From: an uncultured virus (IMG/VR IMGVR_UViG_3300025127_000026)
Lineage: Duplodnaviria > Heunggongvirae > Uroviricota > Caudoviricetes > Crassvirales
Reading direction: 5' to 3' (one strand)
DNA length: 64,000 nucleotides
Virus record (IMG/VR): IMGVR_UViG_3300025127_000026
How positions within the stretch are numbered: the stretch's first letter is position 1; each line of letters opens with the position of its first letter. Position numbers and translations under genes: made by a program. This document shows, one piece after another, positions 56,246 to 64,000 of this stretch. Under the pieces are notes generated by a model. That model did no database searches. It was given only the letters and a program-made list of their open reading frames with translations, and was not told where the DNA came from.

Positions 56246-57305
56246 ATGTCTAAATATAAAATACAAGAAACATTAACATATATCTTCCTTACTTCATGGC
56301 TAATTGGAATTATCTTAATCTCAATTGTCAACTAAATACGATATAGTAACGATATTAATAATAAATAAATAAACATGTAGTTGATCGCCATAATTTAGCA
56401 TGTATAAATAATACGAACACTTGGCGCAGCACAACTTTTTAAAATTAATACTTATGCAAAAATTAAATCTTATACACTCAATTTTAAATCACAAAAACCT
56501 ATTTAAACCTCAACCAAAAACAGGCAATAATTACTCAGACCCTATTACTCCAAATATGCTTTGCTCTAATTATTTATTTAACTACTATTACTACTTAAAT
56601 AATTCTGACCTAACTCATATTTTAAGCAACTTAAATAAACTAAAATAATAACTTTAAAAATTAAATACTATGTATAATATAAATAATCCTTCAAACTGGT
56701 CATGGTCAAAAGCGTTTGACGAAATGGCTAAAACAGTAAATCAAGCTGAACTCACTCAGCAATCTATAAATCATGTACTCGATTATCCTGGTGAAGCTAA
56801 TGGTGTTTTCATGACACTAAGTAAATCAAAACAAGATGATGTTTACGAAATACTAAATCAAATACTATGAATAATCTAAATACAACTATAGATAAAGTAG
56901 CAATGTCAGAGTTTGGTATTCACTACTATTTACTCGGTGAAAACGAGCAACAATGGTGTCACGATGAATTAGTAAATAACCCTAAATGGCTATCAAAAAT
57001 ATGAAAACTAAAATATACTCAAATCAAACACTAACTGTACTAGATTTTGGCAGTGGTGAAATACATCAGTATCACGATGTAGACTATGAGAAATATCAAA
57101 TGGAACTTGACGAGTTTGTCGGAGTACAACTCGGTTATAACTTAAATGAAGTAGAATATATGTTCCATACTGACAAAACCGTTTATAACTTGACACTTGA
57201 ACTATGAAAATAACTAATAAGCAATTTAATATAATAACAATAATGATAGCAACTATGTTACTAATAGAATTAATAAAAGTAGCTACATTTATATAACTTA
57301 AATAA
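56246..57305 (+). other. cluster of small early ORFs (56246-56335 TM peptide, about 56454-56648, 56670-56870, 56867-57004, 57001-57207, 57204-57305)
   Basis: Tightly packed, often ATGA-coupled short ORFs with no recognisable function. Confidence 0.5.
56326..56356 (+). promoter_or_regulatory. early promoter-like motif, copy 3
   Basis: TAAATACG(56333)-N10-GATATT. Confidence 0.6.
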
Positions 57306-57306
57306 T

Positions 57307-57681
57307 ATGAAAAAAATAATAATGACAATAGGTGCTTTCGCTATGTTAACACTTGGCCAATCACAAAACTGGAAAGCTAACGAAGCACTAAATACATTAG
57401 CAGATATGGAAGAGTGGATGCGTGAAGATGTAGCTAACGGCAGAATAAATCCTGAATTAGGCGAAGAGTATATTAATAATATTCAAAGCGTACTAAAACT
57501 AGTATTAACTATTGATGACGAAGATGCTTGTGTTAGAGATAACGACATAGAGTTTGACAGATTAAATAGTAGAAGTGAAATAGATACTGACCCTACTTAT
57601 TACGAACGTAAAAAGAAAAGGTCATTCACTTTATTCAAAATAGTAATTGAAAATCCAGTTGCTTCTAACGACTCTTTATAA
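57307..57681 (+). CDS. secreted/periplasmic hypothetical protein
   Basis: Signal-peptide-like MKKIIMTIGAFAMLTLGQSQ. Confidence 0.6.
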   Translation: MKKIIMTIGAFAMLTLGQSQNWKANEALNTLADMEEWMREDVANGRINPELGEEYINNIQSVLKLVLTIDDEDACVRDNDIEFDRLNSRSEIDTDPTYYERKKKRSFTLFKIVIENPVASNDSL

Positions 57682-57707
57682 TATAAATACGATTACTATC
57701 AGATTAT
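57677..57707 (+). promoter_or_regulatory. early promoter-like motif, copy 4
   Basis: TAAATACG(57684)-N10-GATTAT-N6-ATG. Confidence 0.7.
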
Positions 57708-57713
57708 AATAAT

Positions 57714-58148
57714 ATGAAATGTAAATGTAATAAAATTATTCCACCTGCTCGTGTTGCACTCGGTTATACTACTTGTGTCGAGTGTTCCACAGTTGAGCGG
57801 TATGGTTGTATAGATACTATTAACCACAAAACAGGTAACTCAATACAAGTTATGTCACGTAGCGATGCAGATAAAGCTAGTAAATTACTAAAACGCGCAG
57901 GTTACTCAACTCTTCGTGCTTTATCAGGTAAATCTGTAACTAAAAAATCTAAAATCAATAAAGGTTGTCGCTTAACTAATATAGGTAATCAACAACTATA
58001 CGAACAAATAGGTAAAATGTATGTAGATTACTACGATGTTGATGAGAAATTAGCAAATCGTTATTTACTACGAGCATTAAACAACTTAGAAATAAATCAA
58101 CTACAGTACAATACTATTATAAAACTAACACAACTAATTACAAATTAA
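57714..58148 (+). CDS. protein with N-terminal DksA/TraR-type C4 zinc finger
   Basis: CKC..IIPPARVALGYTTCVEC. Confidence 0.6.
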   Translation: MKCKCNKIIPPARVALGYTTCVECSTVERYGCIDTINHKTGNSIQVMSRSDADKASKLLKRAGYSTLRALSGKSVTKKSKINKGCRLTNIGNQQLYEQIGKMYVDYYDVDEKLANRYLLRALNNLEINQLQYNTIIKLTQLITN

Positions 58149-58169
58149 ATACGAACAAGTAACGATAAT
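58139..58169 (+). promoter_or_regulatory. early promoter-like motif, copy 5
   Basis: TAAATACG(58146)-N10-GATAAT-N6-ATG. Confidence 0.7.
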
Positions 58170-58175
58170 ATAAAT

Positions 58176-59978
58176 ATGATGCACGAATCAATAGAAACAT
58201 ATATAATGACCGATAACCTCGACGCTATCATCTACAAAGATGGCGATATGAAGCTCCAAATCTTCAATAAATACAAATCTCCATACGGTTGGTCACCAAG
58301 AAAGCTAATGCTTAGTTGCTATGGCGTGCAAGCAAACGAATTCACTTACGATTATGTAAGTAACAAGGTAGATGAGGTCTATTCTACCTTTAACAAAGAC
58401 GAAATAGACGAGTTAATAACAAAAGTAAATAAATACAAATGCTTAAAAAAATAAGTATATTACTTATAGCTTGTAATTCATGTGCTATGAATGAAAATGT
58501 GATATTCTATACACATAATGTAAAAAAATGTGTACATAATTTACAACAAATAGAGTCATGGATCCACCACGATATAGAAAATGGTAAAATACCAGTTGAT
58601 ATTGGTGAAGACTACATGATAGCGATAACACATACTAAAATTAGTTTACAAGAAAAATACAAGAAACATGATAAGTAAAAAAATTAAACAACTTCAAAAC
58701 CTGTACTCATGGAATGAGTTTTACCAAGGCACAGGTAATAAAACACAGATGAGAAAGTGCCAAACTGAAATCCACCAGTTGAAAAGTGAGATTAACGAAT
58801 TAAAAACTAAGAAAAAGTGAAAGATACTAACGCGATAGAAAAAGCACTTAAAGTTAAAGTAAGCGAAGAGTGCAGAGAAATAGTAGACAAATTCATTACT
58901 GATTTAGAAAAACTATCAAACAAGTATGGTGGTTGTAATTTTTACGACTTTAAAAAACCTAGTGATGAAAACTATGAATTTATGGTAACAGGAACTCACG
59001 GAGTAACTAGTGTACTACATAGAATGATATTAGATAATCACGGTGGACAAATGTTGAAACAAAAGTCACAAGAGCTAATCAAAAAACTAGATTTAATATG
59101 ACTGAGCAAGAAGTAATATGGAAAGTGTGTGACAGAATAGTTGATACACTATATAACGAGCTAGACTACTATATGTTTGAAGAATTAGGTTATACTGAAA
59201 CTGACGACAAGTATGTTGAAGACGCTGACAAACTAATAACTAAAGTAATAAATGAATTAATAAAATAACTATGGCAAATATGAGTTACTGCAGGTTTGAA
59301 AACACTGCAAGAGATTTAGTAGACTGTGTAAACGCTATAAGACAAGGTGATATACACGAGTTGAACAACTACGAGCTAGATGGTTTAAAAGATATACTAG
59401 ATCTAGCTGAACAAATAGTAGAAGATAAAGAATATATACAAGAAATTATAAACAATGACTGAAATACAGAAAATACAGGCGATAACACAAGATATATTAG
59501 CCGGATATTATGGTAGCGTACAGAAATGCGGTACAGAAACACAGAAATATACTTACGCTTTTGAACAAGCTAAGAAAATATTTGCAGGTGAATTACTAAT
59601 AGATCCTAATCACTTTCCTACAATATGAGCGATCACAGAACAATACAAGAGTATTTAACTTACCAAGAAGAGGTTGCAATACCGAAATTAAGATGGTTAC
59701 AGGTCAAAACTCTTAAAGAACAATACCCAAATGATCAAGAATTTGGTTCAAAAGTAAGAGAACTTGTTAATAATACAAAATAAATACGAATAGTAATCGA
59801 TAATAAAAATATGAATACAATAAAAACACATACAGCAGATCGATCAAAAGTAACAATAACCAAAATAATCGATGGTAAAACAGAGAAAAGAACTTATAAA
59901 GGTTATACTATAAATAATATACCAGAAGAGTGTAATCACTGGTTCAACTACAAAGGTTTGACTTTTGTAATAAACTAA
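58176..59978 (+). other. cluster of small early ORFs (58176-58454, 58439-58678, 58817-59101, 59271-59462, 59811-59978 and shorter ones)
   Basis: Contiguous coupled ORFs. 59271 begins MANMSYCRFENT, a common phage hypothetical motif. Confidence 0.55.
59774..59804 (+). promoter_or_regulatory. early promoter-like motif, copy 6
   Basis: TAAATACG(59781)-N10-GATAAT-N6-ATG. Confidence 0.7.
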
Positions 59979-59987
59979 AAACCACGA

Positions 59988-60158
59988 CTTCAACACACCG
60001 TGTCGTAGCGGTGAAGAAGACAAACAGTGGGGTTGAGTGACGGCTCAGCTTGGACAGCGAGGTCAGGTTTAATAATGAGATATAGGTTAAGCGGAAGACA
60101 CACCTAGCGTTATTAATGACTGTTCTAGACATGAGAGGTTCGACTCCTCTCTCTCGCT
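59988..60158 (+). ncRNA. structured RNA with tRNA-like 3' domain
   Basis: T-arm AGAGG-TTCGACT-CCTCT, acceptor-like AGCGAGG/TCTCGCT, long internal stem and two upstream hairpins. Confidence 0.6.
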
Positions 60159-60160
60159 CT

Positions 60161-60295
60161 ATGAAAACAATAAAAGTAACTATGAAGGAAATATACGACG
60201 CTATGCGTCCTTCAGTGCAGAAAAATAAAAAGAAGTACACACGCAAAACTAAACACAAGAAAAATGGCGAAGAAAAGAACTATAAACGAACTTAG
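60161..60295 (+). CDS. 44-aa basic ArfA-like peptide (absent from ORF track)
   Basis: MKTIKVTMKEIYDAMRPSVQKNKKKYTRKTKHKKN... Confidence 0.55.
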   Translation: MKTIKVTMKEIYDAMRPSVQKNKKKYTRKTKHKKNGEEKNYKRT

Positions 60296-60695
60296 ACAAA
60301 CCAAAGATGCGGTCTATACTAATCCAAGCGCTAATAAAGGTTGGGATATAGAAGGTCACATAAAATATAATAAAGAAATAAGCAATCAAGGTGGTGACTT
60401 TATAAAACCAACTAACGAACCAGCTAAAACAACAGGAGAAATAATGAATCCAAGTAAATACACAGAAAACGATTTAGAACAAGCTAAATGTTCTATAGCA
60501 GAAAAAATAACTAAGCATATGAATGACACTATATTCGAAATAGTGTGCGAAGAAATGAGTAATAACTATTTATTTCAATCAGATAATTACTTAACTGAAG
60601 CAGGCTATGATATGTTTGAAGATGAGTGGTTTGAATTTTACCACGAACATCACGGAGATATTATGCATCAAGTAATGCAAAATATTACAAACTAA
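60264..60695 (+). CDS. hypothetical early protein
   Basis: 143-aa ORF. Confidence 0.6.
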   Translation: MAKKRTINELRQTKDAVYTNPSANKGWDIEGHIKYNKEISNQGGDFIKPTNEPAKTTGEIMNPSKYTENDLEQAKCSIAEKITKHMNDTIFEIVCEEMSNNYLFQSDNYLTEAGYDMFEDEWFEFYHEHHGDIMHQVMQNITN

Positions 60696-60716
60696 ATACG
60701 AACACTAACAGATCAT
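60686..60716 (+). promoter_or_regulatory. early promoter-like motif, copy 7
   Basis: TAAATACG(60693)-N10-GATCAT-N6-ATG. Confidence 0.7.
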
Positions 60717-60722
60717 AATAAT

Positions 60723-62171
60723 ATGAAAAAATTTAATCAAATGGAGTCTAATCTTATCTGCGATGCTTTACAATTTTATGTAGCTCAAGTAGAAAGAGAT
60801 ATATTACAAATGGAAAAAGATGGTAAAAGATCTATCTTTGCACAAGGTTTTTATACTCAAGTATCAAAAGAGCTAAAAGACAAAGTTAAGACTATGACTA
60901 AAAAACAAAAAGTATGACACTATACGACAAACTTAAACCAGAAATCAAAGCTAAACTCGAAGAAAACTATAAAGAATATAAAACAGTAAGCTTTATCTTT
61001 GATAAATTAAAATCAACAGACTATTACTCTGAGTTAACTATTGATGATATAAGATCTATATGCACATTCGGCGACGTATGGCATCACGATCTTACTCAAA
61101 CACAGTTAATTTATGGAGAATGGCTAACAAATAAACCACAAATATAAATCTAATGACAGAAAAACAATATGAAGATGCGTTAGTTGCACTAGGTTGCAAA
61201 GACGTTACAAGTAAAACACAAAAGAAAAACGGCACTACAGCATTTAGGATGCCTGATGGTAAAAACATGGTTACTGAACACAAGTCAGGCTATATTAGAA
61301 GAACAATGCTAAGTCCAACAGGTAGAGTAAGAAGTTGCTATCAACTAAATCCTCAATACCTTACAGATTATAAGTACTTTGACACTCATGGTAACGAAAA
61401 AACTTTTAAAAGAAATAACAGAGCTCTTATATGGTCAAGAAAAGCAAGACTTAAAAGACTATTTTTATACACAATTAAAGCAGTAAATAATGGGTAATTA
61501 CGCAAGAGAAGGACATATGCTTGATGAAAGAATGATTGAGCTTGTCAAAAATCATTTAGAACTATCAATATCTCAAAATATAAATGATTTTGATAACGTA
61601 GATTGTATGATCTATAATGAGTCAAGTGCAGATGGATATGATCTATGGGTTGTAACCAATGACAGTAGAAACGTTAGTATATGTGAAAATGTTTACTATT
61701 ATGAAAATGATCTTGCAAATGCTTTTGAAGAGCAAGTAAGATGGGGTGATAAAACTTTTTATATTGATAACTATGTGTACGAAGACGCTTACATTGAAGA
61801 TAAACTCATTGAGATGTTTTCAGAAAATGTCGAAGATATTGTAGAAAATGATGAACTAGATATTACATTAGAAGAAGTTAATTATTTAAAGAAAGAATAT
61901 GAACTCGAAGAAACTGAAGAAGCCGACAGCCCCGAAGTGGTTTAAAGGCATGATATATACAAAAGGTGAGAAAGTTCAAAACCCTTTTTCAGGTGAAAGT
62001 TATGAGCTAACTGGTTTAGAACTAAGCATTTACGACTTTATTATAGGTTGTCAAATGGTTTTTGACTCAGCACCTAATACTATGACAAATAAAAGAATAA
62101 CTGAATTTCAAAAAGCATTGAACTGGTTTAGGGTGAATAACCCTGAAGCATACTACGTGTTGTTAGATTAG
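60723..62171 (+). other. run of hypothetical early genes (60723-60917, 60914-61147, 61153-61497, 61490-61945, 61899-62171)
   Basis: Overlapping or coupled ORFs with no recognisable function. Confidence 0.6.
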
Positions 62172-62185
62172 TAGTAGTTTAGTTT

Positions 62186-62354
62186 CCGCGAATAAGCGCG
62201 TGAGATGTGTAGAATAGCAACTGCTCTGAATGTCAGACTTTCGAGTCCATCATCAGGACTATTCATCTTACTCACTTGGCAAGCTCGTACTTAAGATACC
62301 TCAGTCATGGCTGTATAGCTATATGAAGCGGGTGACGGTACGGGCTATTCGTGG
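62186..62354 (+). ncRNA. about 170-nt structured RNA (three-way junction)
   Basis: Closing stem CCGCGAATA/TATTCGTGG with two long arms and a UUCG tetraloop; locally GC-rich. Confidence 0.65.
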
Positions 62355-62355
62355 T

Positions 62356-62553
62356 ATGAAACAATTCTTAAAATTTACAGTAATATGGATAAGTCAAAAC
62401 TTAGCAACTCCATTTTGGATTGTAGGTCATATACACTTATCTGTTAATGTATACAAAGATATTTACGAAATACTAAGCTCTATAGGTTTAAATATTATAG
62501 TAGCAATAGGTTTTTATATAGATTATAAAACAAATACGAATACTAATAGATAA
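62356..62553 (+). CDS. small membrane protein
   Basis: MKQFLKFTVIWISQNLATPFWIVGH...; likely start is 62356 rather than 62230. Confidence 0.6.
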   Translation: MKQFLKFTVIWISQNLATPFWIVGHIHLSVNVYKDIYEILSSIGLNIIVAIGFYIDYKTNTNTNR

Positions 62554-62554
62554 T
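62524..62554 (+). promoter_or_regulatory. early promoter-like motif, copy 8
   Basis: CAAATACG(62531)-N10-GATAAT-N6-ATG. Confidence 0.7.
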
Positions 62555-62560
62555 ATTAAT

Positions 62561-62857
62561 ATGGATAAAAAAATAATGAATGAACTAGCTGATCTTATTG
62601 TAGCTAAGCTAGAATTAAAACAACAACAATGGGATGATGAATTTCACAATTCTATTGCTGACATGTATGGTAAAGAAGGTCATAAAGAAGCTTTTGTAAT
62701 GACAGAAGAAGAAATGTTAATAGGTGAATTAGCGAGACTTCAAACTATATTAATGATATATGAAAATAACGAAGAATACGAAAAAGCTGCTATTGTACTT
62801 AGTAAGCTTAATGCAGTTAAAACAAAATTAAGAAAAGGAGATTACAATGACGATTAA
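62561..62857 (+). CDS. protein with C-terminal UVR-like coiled coil
   Basis: ENNEEYEKAAIVLSKL. Confidence 0.55.
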   Translation: MDKKIMNELADLIVAKLELKQQQWDDEFHNSIADMYGKEGHKEAFVMTEEEMLIGELARLQTILMIYENNEEYEKAAIVLSKLNAVKTKLRKGDYNDD

Positions 62858-63677
62858 ACCTATGCTAGCGCATAAATATAACCCTGACAAAGCTGATTAC
62901 CCTGCATACATACAGCCAAAACTAGACGGCGTAAGATGTGTATTTACAAAAGACGGCGCATACAGCAGAACAGGTAAAGAGTTTATGAATGTAGATCACA
63001 TTAAAAAAGCACTTAAAAACTTTTTCAATGCTAATCCTACATTTATACTAGATGGTGAATTATATAACCACGGACTAAAAGATGACTTTGAAAAGATTAT
63101 ATCTTTAGTAAGAAAAACTAAACCAACTGAAGAACACAAGCAAGAAGCTGCAGAACTTATACAATATCACGTGTATGACGTAGCTAATCTTGCTCATGCT
63201 ACATACACTAACAGACTAAACATACTAACTAGCTCATTTACGTATACATATCCTATATGTAAAGTTGAAACTAAAATTGTACTAGACTATGACGAAGCTG
63301 TTAAACAACACAATAAATACTTAAAACTAGGTTACGAAGGTAGTATATACAGATCTACAGATGGTAAATATAAAAATACTAGATCATGGGACTTAATGAA
63401 GTTCAAAGATTTTGAAGACTCAGAAGCTACGATCGTAGGCTATGAAATAGGTAAAGGTAAGAGACAAGGCACGGTTGGTAAGTTCATCATGCAAGATGAC
63501 GAAGGCGTAGAATTCGGTTGTCCACCGGGTAAAGGCTACAACTACAAGGATCTTGCAGGTATGCTCGATAACATTAGTGACTATATAGGTCAACGTGCTA
63601 CCTTTACTTATTTTCAACGAACTCAAGCAGGTTCTTACAGGCATCCGCTATACAAATGTATTAGGAACTATGAATAA
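62847..63677 (+). CDS. ATP-dependent DNA ligase
   Basis: QPKLDGVRC (KxDG), ILDGELY, YDV, GYEGSIYR, LMKFK, OB-fold C-terminus. Confidence 0.93.
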   Translation: MTIKPMLAHKYNPDKADYPAYIQPKLDGVRCVFTKDGAYSRTGKEFMNVDHIKKALKNFFNANPTFILDGELYNHGLKDDFEKIISLVRKTKPTEEHKQEAAELIQYHVYDVANLAHATYTNRLNILTSSFTYTYPICKVETKIVLDYDEAVKQHNKYLKLGYEGSIYRSTDGKYKNTRSWDLMKFKDFEDSEATIVGYEIGKGKRQGTVGKFIMQDDEGVEFGCPPGKGYNYKDLAGMLDNISDYIGQRATFTYFQRTQAGSYRHPLYKCIRNYE

Positions 63678-63765
63678 ATGTGAATTTTGCGGCAAGTTTA
63701 TGACAGAAAAAGAATATAACTTCTGTGATATTTGCCCTAATTGTAGAGATGAAAATGAAGAATGA
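63670..63765 (+). CDS. 31-aa zinc-finger peptide (absent from ORF track)
   Basis: MNKCEFCGKFMTEKEYNFCDICPNCRDENEE. Confidence 0.55.
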   Translation: MNKCEFCGKFMTEKEYNFCDICPNCRDENEE

Positions 63766-63973
63766 AGAAGAACACTGTCATTACTCAGGTTTACCTTCAC
63801 CTAAAGCTTATGAAAAAGATTTAGATTATGACGGTATGGGTAATCAAGGTAGAATACCTAAACCAAAAGAACAATATGGTTTAGACTATGCTAGAATATT
63901 TTTATATTGTGCAATAGTTTTATTTACTGCACTTTTAATACACTTTATATATGAATATATTTTATTTACATAA
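63755..63973 (+). CDS. hypothetical protein with C-terminal TM
   Basis: HCHYSGLPSP...DGMGNQGR...then a TM helix. Confidence 0.55.
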   Translation: MKNEEEHCHYSGLPSPKAYEKDLDYDGMGNQGRIPKPKEQYGLDYARIFLYCAIVLFTALLIHFIYEYILFT

Positions 63974-64000
63974 AGATCCAGTTAAAGCTGCGCAGTATCA
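63951..64000 (+). CDS. pyrimidine-dimer DNA glycosylase/DenV-like protein, N-terminal fragment
   Basis: MNIFYLHKDPVKAAQY matches the characteristic MNIFxLxxDPxxAA start; only 16 codons visible. Confidence 0.6.
   Translation, partial: MNIFYLHKDPVKAAQY

Noticed and set aside
60056..60158. Canonical tRNA or tmRNA gene
   Set aside because: No proper D-arm or 7-nt anticodon loop, no CCA, and too short for tmRNA. Kept as a tRNA-like ncRNA.
59944..60258. Minus-strand 104-aa ORF
   Set aside because: Antisense to the early transcription unit, overlapping the structured RNA and ArfA-like ORF.
62230..62355. N-terminal 42 codons of ORF 62230-62553
   Set aside because: They overlap a strongly base-paired GC-rich element; ATG 62356 is the more plausible start.
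55456..62554. Repeated motif as a CRISPR or mini-array
   Set aside because: Copies are degenerate, irregularly spaced by 0.3-1.8 kb and separated by genes; no cas genes are present.
1..64000. Alternative genetic code, introns or inteins
   Set aside because: Long genes are intact in the standard code, use TAA, TAG and TGA stops, and have ordinary lengths.

Overview
AT-rich 64 kb segment of a lytic, probably podovirus-like dsDNA phage, most likely infecting Bacteroidota (Flavobacteriia). Host evidence: A/T-rich translation starts without Shine-Dalgarno, and gene content that recalls, from memory, the Cellulophaga phi38:1-like marine phages. There are three blocks. (1) 1-9.7 kb, + strand: sigma70-like factor, ERF recombinase, RecE-like exonuclease, SSB-like protein, primase-helicase, a thymidylate-synthase-family enzyme carrying the dCMP-hydroxymethylase signature, two MazG-fold proteins, T7-type endonuclease I, class II RNR. 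(2) 9.7-55.2 kb, - strand: a 3641-aa polyvalent virion protein, tail, capsid, portal and terminase genes, lysis genes, GroEL/GroES and many Lys-rich small proteins. (3) 55.4-64 kb, + strand: small early genes, DNA ligase and the start of a DenV-like glycosylase. Best leads: an 8-copy promoter-like motif (YAAATACG-N10-GATAAT), five copies lying exactly 6 nt before an ATG, which suggests leaderless mRNAs; two unannotated structured RNAs, one tRNA-like and adjacent to an ArfA-like ORF; a probable cytosine-modification module; and a pair of 47-bp inverted-repeat elements at the strand switch. No DNA polymerase is visible in the window. All assignments come from motif recognition by eye, without database searches.
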